A DNA stretch of 64,000 nt from an uncultured delta proteobacterium (GCA_963792965.1 CAWBYW010000013.1:160677-224676); one strand, 5' to 3'; counted from the first letter of the stretch, positions 29,899 to 38,355 are shown. Numbers and translations: made by a program. Notes: a model not told the origin generated them from the sequence alone.

Positions 29899-30315
29899 AT
29901 GAACACGAAACATTTAGTGGCAGTTTGGATGTTTTTGCTGGCTGTCGTGACAATAACCCCAGCCGTAGCGTATATGAGCGAAGAGCCCGGGACGATCGTG
30001 AACCCGAAGGATTTTGTCGTTGATACCGTTAAGCTGGCACTATTAGGCAATGAGCCGGGGACTATGATTGACCGCAGCGAGTTTGTCGGCGATACACTTA
30101 GGGTTTCTCTTTTAAGCAATGAGCCGGGAACGGTCGTAAATCCGAAGGATTTCGTCGCAGACACGATTAAGCTGGCGCTCTTAGCCAATGAGCCGGGGAC
30201 TCTGATTGACCGGTCCGAGTTTGTCGGTGATACACTTAGAGTTTCCCTTTTGAGCAATGAGCCCGGAACGGTCATCGACCGCAGCGAGTTTGTCGGTGAC
30301 AGCATTGACATATAG
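29899..30315 (+). CDS. Secreted repeat protein P3 (138 aa): signal peptide plus five 23-aa repeats
   Basis: GAGGAGG RBS; PAVA cleavage site; repeats (N/E)EPGTh(V/I)(N/D)xx(D/E)FVxDT. Confidence 0.85.
   Translation: MNTKHLVAVWMFLLAVVTITPAVAYMSEEPGTIVNPKDFVVDTVKLALLGNEPGTMIDRSEFVGDTLRVSLLSNEPGTVVNPKDFVADTIKLALLANEPGTLIDRSEFVGDTLRVSLLSNEPGTVIDRSEFVGDSIDI
29983..30312 (+). repeat. 69-nt tandem coding repeat, five units (last truncated), A-B-A-B-B order
   Basis: GAGCC(C/G)GG starts at 29983, 30052, 30121, 30190 and 30259. Confidence 0.92.
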
Positions 30316-30407
30316 GCTGGGCAAGGTGGGATAGAGGAGCAATTGGGGGTGGAGTTACAGGTTTTTTCCTTGACCAGTTAAAGAGGTTCATATGTTGACG
30401 TTCTGAT

Positions 30408-30440
30408 GAGAGCCCTCTTGATGAAAGAGGGCTCTTTCTT
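30408..30440 (+). terminator. Intrinsic terminator of P3
   Basis: GAGAGCCCTCTT-GATGA-AAGAGGGCTCTT-TCTT. Confidence 0.8.
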
Positions 30441-30776
30441 ATCTATATTCGGGGATAGCGAAAACGCATAGATAATTGCCTTATCTTATGCGGGTCCTGA
30501 GGCGAAGTAATACGGATTCAAGGATCTGCCTTCCTCGGTGACCCCTAACTTCCTCGTATAGTTGAGTATTCTTCATTACTCTCATCCCTCAATTATCTCG
30601 CCGTTGCCAGAGGGGCCGAGAATAATTTCTACCTGCATGGTCAGGGAAGTTGGATGGACGTGAAAAACGCTGGTGGGGTCCTATTTACCGAAATCGAGCT
30701 TTTGATGACGCTCTTCCTCTTCAAATCTTCGCGATCACGATGGTGATGGGTCACCGGAAAAATACGCGTGGCCTCG

Positions 30777-32411
30777 TTATTTAGTCCGTTTGGGGTAGTG
30801 TTTTTCCCGGCATTCCGGGCAGATGGCGTGGGAAAAATCGGCCCCGGTATGCTCTTTCAGATAGCTCTCCAGGTGATCCCAGTAGCCCTGATCGTCTCTG
30901 ATTTTCTTGCAGAAGGCGCAGATCGGGATCAGGCCCGACAACGTCTTGATTTCTCCTGCGGCTCTTTGCAGCTCGGCTATCAGCCGCTCCTTCTCTTCTT
31001 CTATCCGCTTGCGCTCGGTGATATCCACGACGATCGAGCGAATCTCCACTTCTCCGCCTATGGGATCCGGAATCCGGTTGATCGACAGGCTGACCCAGAC
31101 CGTCGAACCGTCCGGGCGCCGCATCTGCAGATGGCGGTCGACAACCGGCCTCCCGGCGTTGAAGTCCCCCATAACCCCCTGGGCAGCCGATTTTGAGTCG
31201 GGCGTATCCAGACAGAGGTCAAAGAGCGACCGGCCCAGCAGCTCGGCGCGCTCGATGCCGACCAATTCAACGGCGCGTCGGTTGCATATCTGGATGATGC
31301 CGTCCGTATCGGTGGAAAAATAGGCGGTCGGGGCGTTCTCGTACAGGTCGCGGAATTTCTCCTCGGACTTCACGAGGACCGCCCGGTCCGATTTGAGCTG
31401 GGTAACGTCGGTGATGGTCAGGACGCGTCCCCGGTGCTGTTGACCCCAGCCGGCAAGGGGGAACGCGCCCATCTTAAAGATCCGTTCACCCAAGGTGATT
31501 TCCGCAAGATCTCCAACCACGATGCCCGGCACACTGGTGAGCTCCGACCAGGCTATGGCGGCCTCTTCCACGCTCATGCCAAGGGCCTCAAACGCGGGTG
31601 AGCCGAAGATCCGGACCGCCGCCGGGTTCATGTCTACGATTCGAGTGTGATCGTCCAACACGACGAACCCTTCGCCCATCTGCTCGACGACAAGGTCCCG
31701 CGCAAAGAGCCTGAGGTCGAAAATTCGGTACCTGAATATCGTAAGGGAAAAGACAAGAGCCGTCCCGACAAAGCCGAAATGGGTCAGATCCAGGCCGGGC
31801 AGGGGAGAGAGGCCGGAGACATACAGGAGGTTTCCGATCAGCGGCAGCACCGCCCCGCCGACCATGAGGCCGATGCCGAAACGGTACCGCTTTGTGTAGT
31901 GCCTGAAGGCGTTCAGGAGGAGTATCGTCCCGGCCACGAACATCGCGTAAGTGTAGGCTATGGCCACCCAGAACCAGGGCCCATGTTTATATATCGGAAG
32001 GCTCAGGCCCGAGACGGTATTCGGGGTTATGCTTGTCCATATCAGGCCGTGCAAGTCGTTAGTGAAGGCCATGACGATGGTGATCGCGGGAAGGATGCCC
32101 AGCAGGGCCAGTCGTTTCCTGGTCAGCCATCCTTTATTTCCGGTGTAATGGAGAGCGAAAACGAGCCAGAAAAAGCCGACGGTGGCGATTCCGAGATATT
32201 CGCATTTTGCCCAGAAGATCTTGCCGGCCATTTCGAGGGCGGCGCCCTCAAGCGCCCTGGTCAGGCTCCATTCCCCCACCGCCAGCATCAGAAGCGTGAA
32301 AGGAGTCCCGCCCGGATTTCCGCGCCTTGACAAGGCGAAAAGCGCAAAGACCAGCGCGATACACGCGTTGGCGACGAACAGCAGGGCCAGCGGTGTAATA
32401 TGGTAGGTCAT
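30777..32411 (-). CDS. Membrane sensor: N-terminal 7TM (HisKA_7TM-like) + two PAS + C-terminal CxxC...HxxCxxC domain; no kinase domain
   Basis: FTNDLHGLIW, GPWFW; PAS segments; PICAFCKKIRDDQGYW...SHAICPEC. Confidence 0.82.
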   Translation of the reverse strand: MTYHITPLALLFVANACIALVFALFALSRRGNPGGTPFTLLMLAVGEWSLTRALEGAALEMAGKIFWAKCEYLGIATVGFFWLVFALHYTGNKGWLTRKRLALLGILPAITIVMAFTNDLHGLIWTSITPNTVSGLSLPIYKHGPWFWVAIAYTYAMFVAGTILLLNAFRHYTKRYRFGIGLMVGGAVLPLIGNLLYVSGLSPLPGLDLTHFGFVGTALVFSLTIFRYRIFDLRLFARDLVVEQMGEGFVVLDDHTRIVDMNPAAVRIFGSPAFEALGMSVEEAAIAWSELTSVPGIVVGDLAEITLGERIFKMGAFPLAGWGQQHRGRVLTITDVTQLKSDRAVLVKSEEKFRDLYENAPTAYFSTDTDGIIQICNRRAVELVGIERAELLGRSLFDLCLDTPDSKSAAQGVMGDFNAGRPVVDRHLQMRRPDGSTVWVSLSINRIPDPIGGEVEIRSIVVDITERKRIEEEKERLIAELQRAAGEIKTLSGLIPICAFCKKIRDDQGYWDHLESYLKEHTGADFSHAICPECREKHYPKRTK

Positions 32412-32736
32412 CTCTCTCTTCCTCTCTCCTCCGTTCTTGTCGGACACTCCGTCGGCACCCGGTCGCCGGGCCGGTCATGCGTATGGTCCGCGTCACATCG
32501 TGCGGCTGAACTCGACCGTCATACTACCAGCATTCATGCAAAAAGAAAATCAAATAGTGCAAATCATCTCATTACAAACGGTATGGACAACGGTCGTGGA
32601 CATCACGGTCGCGGTTCAACACGCGCATGGACCAGAGAGGCGGAAGGAAGAGAGGGCGAGGGGAGATGGGCGAGCCCGGAGACGCGGTGGGCGCCGACAT
32701 TGAGCGGAGAATCGATTCTTAGATGGTAAAATATCG

Positions 32737-32774
32737 GCTCCCGCCACCGGCATTTTTGGCCGGCAGCGGGAGCC
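32737..32774. terminator. Stem-loop downstream of the pirin gene
   Basis: GGCTCCCGC...GCGGGAGCC. Confidence 0.45.
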
Positions 32775-32803
32775 TGTGGCCGATTCCTCCGTGGTATCTA
32801 TGT

Positions 32804-33760
32804 CTATTCCTTGATGAACGTGCCTTCGTCCAGTTCCCGGAACGCACGCTCCAGTTCCTGTCGGGTGTTCATGACGATCGGCCCGCCCCAGGCAATCGGC
32901 TCCCCGAGCGGCAGGCCCGAGGCCAGCATAAACCTGAGATTTTCCCGGGCCTTTACGGCAAGGCGCGGGGCATTCTTCAAGACGATCAATTGACGCTTCT
33001 CGACGACGCTGCCTTCAAAGTCGCCGCTGCCCTCAAGCAGATAACAGCACGTCGTATACCCTTTCTTTACGGGATAGTCTATCGTCTTTCCCTTCGAAAG
33101 GGAAACGTCGAGATATTCGACGTCGACCACAAGGTCTGTTACGGGGCCTTTCTTTTCGCCATAGGTGCCGGCGATGACTTTAGTCTCTTCACCGTCTCTT
33201 TTCAGGACCGGGACATCGCCGGCGGCAATGCCCCGGTATCGCGGGGCCATCATCTTGTCCGCTGCGGGCAGGTTCACCCATAGTTGCGTCCCCCGCATCG
33301 TGCCCCGGTACGCCTTGGGCATCTCCTGATGAATGATGCCGCCCCCGGCGGTCATCCATTGGATGTCACCGGACCGTATGACGCCGCTGTTTCCGATGCT
33401 GTCGCCGTGCTCAACTTCTCCCTCGATCATGTAGGTGACCGTCTCTATTCCTCGGTGCGGGTGCCAGGGAAATCCTTTAACGTAATCCTCCGGCCTCTCC
33501 GAGCCGAAATTGTCCAGAAGCAGGAACGGGTCGGTGAGCTTGGTTGTGTCGTTGGCGAAGACCCTGAAAAGCTTGACGCCCGCCCCGTCGACGGTGAAAT
33601 GCCCTGTTAGAATTGTTTTTTCCATACGCGCATATTCGGATCGGGACGGGCCTTCATCGACGGACTTCATGGTGCTGTAGCACCCCCCGTAGGATCGGTC
33701 ATCGCCGGGTTTCGTGCGGCGCCAGACGGTGACGCGGCTTTTCTTCTCGCTCTCTTCCAT
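32804..33760 (-). CDS. Pirin family protein
   Basis: DPFLLLD, GFPWHPHRGIETVTY, WMTAGGGIIHQE, QLWVNLP; start 33760 (GGAGGT RBS) or 33625. Confidence 0.9.
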   Translation of the reverse strand: MEESEKKSRVTVWRRTKPGDDRSYGGCYSTMKSVDEGPSRSEYARMEKTILTGHFTVDGAGVKLFRVFANDTTKLTDPFLLLDNFGSERPEDYVKGFPWHPHRGIETVTYMIEGEVEHGDSIGNSGVIRSGDIQWMTAGGGIIHQEMPKAYRGTMRGTQLWVNLPAADKMMAPRYRGIAAGDVPVLKRDGEETKVIAGTYGEKKGPVTDLVVDVEYLDVSLSKGKTIDYPVKKGYTTCCYLLEGSGDFEGSVVEKRQLIVLKNAPRLAVKARENLRFMLASGLPLGEPIAWGGPIVMNTRQELERAFRELDEGTFIKE

Positions 33761-33876
33761 CCCCATACCTCCAAAGGTATTGATGCATTTGACTGGTCGG
33801 CATGTCGGTTGCTGCCGGAGCCCGGAATGTCTCGGTAACGAGGGGAGAGAGGTCATGTGTTCTTCCGGGGCTCAGG

Positions 33877-34305
33877 CTAACCCAACCGGGGTCCCTTGCC
33901 GATCTCCATCGTGCCTCGGTAGTATCTCTGTTTGATCTCGGCCGCTCTTTCGATGAACTTTGCGATCCCCTGCCGCTTGATCGCGCAGAGGTTGAAGACT
34001 TTGAGGTTATGCGGCAGCACGTTTGCCCGGTCGGCCGCCGGGTTCAGCTTTGCGCAGGGAAAATCTCCGCACTCGAAGCAGAAATCATGCCCGCGCGACT
34101 CGATGCAGGCATAGGTCTCACACGTGCCGTCGACGAACTGGCATTTGCCGTGGGCCTGTCTGCATCCGGGGCAGGGGACGCCATCCCACTTCACGCCGGC
34201 CAGCGAGCTCTTAAGCGTCGGATCATCCTTGACGCGGTAGACGGCGCAGTCGCCGCAGTAGATCCCGCACGGCGCCACGAGCGTAATGTCTTCACCTTTC
34301 TTCAT
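33877..34305 (-). CDS. Cys-rich DUF3795-type protein
   Basis: APCGIYCGDC, CPGCR, CFECGDFPC. Confidence 0.75.
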   Translation of the reverse strand: MKKGEDITLVAPCGIYCGDCAVYRVKDDPTLKSSLAGVKWDGVPCPGCRQAHGKCQFVDGTCETYACIESRGHDFCFECGDFPCAKLNPAADRANVLPHNLKVFNLCAIKRQGIAKFIERAAEIKQRYYRGTMEIGKGPRLG

Positions 34306-34436
34306 GTTGTCTTCCTTTCGGTGTTGGTGCAATGGCCTCAGACTCGAGGACTCTCTAAAATCGATCTTTCGGTACCTCTAAAAGTATACACCAAAATCCC
34401 GGAAATGGGAACTCCCGTCCCCCTGTGCGAGAGAAA

Positions 34437-34468
34437 AGCAAAAGGCCCGGTCGCCCGGGCCTTTTGCT
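34437..34468. terminator. Intrinsic terminator of the aldolase/thiolase operon (possibly bidirectional)
   Basis: AGCAAAAGGCCCGG-TCGC-CCGGGCCTTTTGCT. Confidence 0.8.
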
Positions 34469-34488
34469 ATTGAATCTCGCTCATCGCG

Positions 34489-34959
34489 TCAGTCAATTAC
34501 CACGAAATGCTTGATGTCGGTGATCTTGCCGGAGCGCTTCTCCTCGAAAACCGCCTTCACCCGCGCGCCGATCTTCACCTTCTTTTCGTCCTTGATCTCC
34601 ACGTAGTGCTGAAAATCGGTGTCCGCGCCGTCCAGCCGGATGAACGCGTAGCCGTAGGGCACGGGCTTCTCCTTCCCGGTTTCCGGGTCCAGAAACGCAA
34701 AGCGCAGAATCGTGTAGGTGTGCAGGTAGCCCTCGTCCTTGACGGGGACAAATTCCGTCATCTCGGCGAAGCATTTTCCGCAGACCTTGCGCGGGGGCAC
34801 GTAGACCTTCTTGCATTTGGGACATTTGATTCCGACGAACCGCTTGTTGTCCCTGATCTCGATCAGGAACCGGGACCCTTCGGCGCCTATCGTGTAGTCA
34901 AAGGGTTGCTCGGCATCGCCTGAATTTATCGTCAAGAGGTCAACTCCCTGAGTTGTCAT
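34489..34959 (-). CDS. Zn-ribbon/OB-fold (DUF35) acyl-CoA-binding protein
   Basis: KCPKCKKVYVPPRKVCGKC, IRLDGADT, IGARVKAVF. Confidence 0.88.
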   Translation of the reverse strand: MTTQGVDLLTINSGDAEQPFDYTIGAEGSRFLIEIRDNKRFVGIKCPKCKKVYVPPRKVCGKCFAEMTEFVPVKDEGYLHTYTILRFAFLDPETGKEKPVPYGYAFIRLDGADTDFQHYVEIKDEKKVKIGARVKAVFEEKRSGKITDIKHFVVID

Positions 34960-34972
34960 GACGACCTCCTTT

Positions 34973-36136
34973 CTATTTGGGTTTTGCGCTCTTTAAAACC
35001 GTAACGTCGCTCCACATACACCCTCCGAATCCGCTTGCCAGCGCCGTCTTCACGTCGGGGACCTGTTTCTTCCCGCCTTTTCCCATGATCTGAATCGCAC
35101 ACTCGGCGATCCTGAGGAGAGCGGTGGCCCCGATGCAGTTTGTGGAGATAACGCCGCCCGACGGGTTGATGGGGAGTTCCCCGCCCATGTCGGTCACGCC
35201 GTCCCACAGGAGCTTCGGGCCCTGGCCCGGCCCGGCGAGGCCCAGCGCCTCGATCCACGACAGCCCCGCGCAGGAGTAGGGAAGGTAGAGCTCCATCACG
35301 TCGATCTCCTTGAGCGGCTCCTTGATGCCGAGCTTGCCGTAGACCTCTTTTGCCGCCATCTCCAGCGACGGGAGACTGCTTCCCCATTCGTAGTCGCCCA
35401 GATAGTTATACGGATGCTTGACCGAGACGCCGTGGATCCATGCCGGCCTGTCGCAGATCTTGTCGGCCCACTCTTCAGAGGCATAGACGACCGCACATGC
35501 CCCGTCGGTCCGCGGGCAGACGTCCAAGAGCTTGATGGGGTCCGACAACATCGGGGAGTTCATCACATCGTCGATGGTGACCTCCTTCCTCAGCTGGGCG
35601 TACGGGTTGTTGGAGCCGTGCTTGCGGTCCCGCACCGCCACGCGCGCGGCGTCCTTCTCGGTGGCGCCGTATTTTGTCATGTAGGACATTGCCTCGGCCG
35701 CAAGTCCCGAGATCGCGCCGGCAAATACGAGGCGATCCCAGATCGGGTCAAAGGCCGTCGTAATGGCCGCAGTTGTGTCCGACTCCGAGTTTTTTTCCCA
35801 GCCGATTGCCAGCACCTTGTCGAACATGCCGGAGGCGACCAGGTGATAACCGCAGTGGCCGACGGTGGAGCCGGTGGTGCCGCCGGTGGTAACCTTGAAG
35901 ACCGGCTTCATGAAACCGCCGGTTCCGTCGATGCTCCACATATCGACGTAGTTTATTCCCTCGAAGTGGTCCATATTACCGATGACCACGGCGTCAATAT
36001 CGTCTATCGTCAGGTCACCGTCCTCAAGACACCTCACCACCGCCTCGCGGATCAGCTCGATCCCGTTGACATCCAGGCGGCTGGAGCGGTGGTGGGTCTG
36101 GCCGGTGGCGACGATCGCAGTTCTTACCTTTGCCAT
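34973..36136 (-). CDS. Thiolase-superfamily protein, Ltp3-like
   Basis: GQT...DHFEG...VTTGGTTGST...GWEKNSES; NNPYAQ; INPSGGV; no N-terminal catalytic Cys at the usual position. Confidence 0.8.
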   Translation of the reverse strand: MAKVRTAIVATGQTHHRSSRLDVNGIELIREAVVRCLEDGDLTIDDIDAVVIGNMDHFEGINYVDMWSIDGTGGFMKPVFKVTTGGTTGSTVGHCGYHLVASGMFDKVLAIGWEKNSESDTTAAITTAFDPIWDRLVFAGAISGLAAEAMSYMTKYGATEKDAARVAVRDRKHGSNNPYAQLRKEVTIDDVMNSPMLSDPIKLLDVCPRTDGACAVVYASEEWADKICDRPAWIHGVSVKHPYNYLGDYEWGSSLPSLEMAAKEVYGKLGIKEPLKEIDVMELYLPYSCAGLSWIEALGLAGPGQGPKLLWDGVTDMGGELPINPSGGVISTNCIGATALLRIAECAIQIMGKGGKKQVPDVKTALASGFGGCMWSDVTVLKSAKPK

Positions 36137-36138
36137 TG

Positions 36139-37287
36139 CTACCTCCCTACGATCCATACACAATGTGACTGGCCGCAGGCGCCGTTAACGCCGTGCGCCA
36201 GGGCCGTCTTGACCCCCTTGACCTGATGCTCGCCGGCGTTTCCCCTGACCTGGAGGCACGCCTCCGCAAGCCGGATGAGTCCGCCGACGATGACCGGGTG
36301 GCCCGACAACAAGCCGCCGGAGGGGTTGACGGGAAGCTTCCCTGCCATCTCGGTGACACCCTTATCCATGAGCTTTCCCCCGTCTCCCGGCGCGCAGAAA
36401 CCGAGCCCCTCGTACCACATTAGCTCCATGTACGAGAAGGCGTCGTAGACCTCGGCCACGTCGATCTCTCCGAGGGGATCGGTGATGCCGGCCATCTCGT
36501 AGGCGGCCGACGCCGCCATGTCCAGCGCGTTTGCGTCGGCAAGGTCGCGGTCGCCGAGGAAGTAGGCGTCGGCGCAATAGCCCACGCCCCTGACCTTCAC
36601 GGCGTTCTTGTGTTTCTTCGCGGATTCTTCTCCGGAGATGATGATGGCCGCCGCAGCGTCCGAAATCGGGGAGCAGTCGTAGAGCTTCAAAGGATCGGCA
36701 ATGACGCGCGATTCCATGACCTCCTCGAGCGTGACGGCTTTCTTTATCTGGGCGTATGGGTTTTTGAGGGCGTTGGCGTGGTTCTTGACGGAGACCCTGG
36801 CGCACTGCTCCTCGGTGATGCCGTACTTGGTCATGTAGCGGCGCATCTGGAGAGCCGAAGTGTTGAGGGAGTCAAGCCCGATCGGCCTCATGTAGATCGG
36901 ATCGAAGATGCCGTTGGTGATATGAATATTATCCGAGATGGAGCCCTTCACGTGGGCGACGACGAGGGTGTTCTTGTAGGAGCCCGAGAGGACCCGGCAC
37001 ATCCCGTAGAAGGCCGAGAAGGTCCCGTCGCCCTCCGCGGTGGTAATGTTCTTGCCGAGCCCCGCGCCCACCGCGTCATTGACCGCCATGGACGAGATGG
37101 TCCTGCCGTCCCAGAAGTCGTTGGACGTGGTTACGATATTGTCGATATCCTCGATCGCCATCCCGGCGTCTTTCAGGGCCTTGTTGGTGGCCTCGTAGGC
37201 CATATCGGCGAAGGTGTCGGCGGGCTTTTGCCGCTCTATGGTCGTCTGGCCCACCCCGATGATGGTGATGTCTTCAATAGAGTTCAT
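36139..37287 (-). CDS. Thiolase-superfamily protein, Ltp4-like
   Basis: SNDFWDGR, AEGDG, KNPYAQ, EVYDAF, VNPSGG...GHP. Confidence 0.8.
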   Translation of the reverse strand: MNSIEDITIIGVGQTTIERQKPADTFADMAYEATNKALKDAGMAIEDIDNIVTTSNDFWDGRTISSMAVNDAVGAGLGKNITTAEGDGTFSAFYGMCRVLSGSYKNTLVVAHVKGSISDNIHITNGIFDPIYMRPIGLDSLNTSALQMRRYMTKYGITEEQCARVSVKNHANALKNPYAQIKKAVTLEEVMESRVIADPLKLYDCSPISDAAAAIIISGEESAKKHKNAVKVRGVGYCADAYFLGDRDLADANALDMAASAAYEMAGITDPLGEIDVAEVYDAFSYMELMWYEGLGFCAPGDGGKLMDKGVTEMAGKLPVNPSGGLLSGHPVIVGGLIRLAEACLQVRGNAGEHQVKGVKTALAHGVNGACGQSHCVWIVGR

Positions 37288-37299
37288 CGTCTCCCCCCG

Positions 37300-37758
37300 C
37301 TATATCGGTTTAAAGTGCTTGATGTCAAGGATGTGTCCCTTGCGGTTTTCCTCGAAGACCGCTTTTACCCTCATGCCGACTTTCACCTTGTCATGTGAGA
37401 CGTCCCCGATCAGGTGAACGAGCCCCGTGTCGGCGCCGTCCAGCATGATGATTCCGATGATCTGAGGGGCCTTCCTGGGGATGAGGGGGGTTTCATACCG
37501 GACGACGGTAAAGGTCACCAGCGTCCCCTCATCCTTTACCTCCACCCACTCGTGGATATCAGTCCCGCAATAGGTGCAGGTCTTCTTGGGGGGAACGAAA
37601 GCCACCTCACACGACGGGCACTTGGTCGCCCAGATTTTCTTGTTGTCCTTGAGCTCCATGAGGAAGCGGCTCCCCACCTCCCCGACAGACCAGGTGTACG
37701 GCACCTTTATCCTGCTCTTATAGGAGAGCAGCTCCTGGTCCTGTTGCTTTTGGGCCAT
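37300..37758 (-). CDS. Zn-ribbon/OB-fold (DUF35) protein
   Basis: KCPSC...PPKKTCTYC, LDGADT, GMRVKAVF. Confidence 0.88.
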   Translation of the reverse strand: MAQKQQDQELLSYKSRIKVPYTWSVGEVGSRFLMELKDNKKIWATKCPSCEVAFVPPKKTCTYCGTDIHEWVEVKDEGTLVTFTVVRYETPLIPRKAPQIIGIIMLDGADTGLVHLIGDVSHDKVKVGMRVKAVFEENRKGHILDIKHFKPI

Positions 37759-37967
37759 ATGTTACCTCCTAACCCATATAGTATAAATATGTTCTCTCAA
37801 ACGATTTTCGGAGTAGTGGTCGGATGGCGATTTGCGATATGGGCGGTTATGCGGCCGGTGCTCCCGTCCGAAGTGATCGAAGGGATTGGCTCGGCAGTGG
37901 GCAGGACGCCCTTTGTGGGGGATATCCACGATGTGCCCCTTAAAAAGACTATTTCCGTGAGAGGTCA

Positions 37968-38018
37968 AACCTATCAGAGTGGGGCCGTGATGTCAAGGTA
38001 ATTGATTGACCAATCAAT
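37968..38018 (-). promoter_or_regulatory. sigma70 promoter plus perfect palindrome upstream of the DUF35/Ltp operon
   Basis: TTGACA-N17-TAGGTT (minus strand); ATTGATTG-AC-CAATCAAT at 38001-38018. Confidence 0.55.
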
Positions 38019-38355
38019 CTTTTATCTCCCGTACGGTGAGGATTTACTTTACGATACGCAATGGTAAAGGAGCCACGGAGAGGGTCCGGTAACACGCGGC
38101 GTGGTCCACTATCGAAACAGACCGGAGACGAGGACGCCCGACGAGGGCTCCATCGCTCGGCCGACCATTTCTTCCTCCGTCGTCTTTGTGTCTTTCTGCC
38201 GTTAGGGCGAGTTGCCTGTGGTGCGTCGGCACGAAAGATGATCCAACGTGGACCGTTTTGCTTCGGGAAGAGGCATTATTTTAGTATATATCTTTATATA
38301 ATTGGTATAAATTAAGAGAAATTATATATAATTTATGCTATTTTAAACAAAGTTC

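Noticed and set aside
29850-30311. Antisense 153-aa repeat ORF, and the antisense ORF at 28892-29116
   Set aside because: Shadows of P3 and P1; RBS, signal peptide and terminator all support the + strand.
29983-30312. 69-nt periodic repeat as a CRISPR array
   Set aside because: The period is CRISPR-like, but the whole unit is repeated with no unique spacers, it stays in frame with synonymous-biased variation, and no cas genes are present.
28980-30315. Peptides as type I toxins or graspetide precursors
   Set aside because: They have cleavable-looking signal peptides with acidic, soluble mature parts; no antisense RNA locus is evident and no ATP-grasp or other maturase is nearby.
38040-38300. 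Possible c-di-AMP or c-di-GMP riboswitch upstream of the 3D-domain gene
   Set aside because: I could not find the conserved motifs by eye, and the likely promoter (38356-38384) lies downstream of this region. An Rfam/Infernal scan would settle it.
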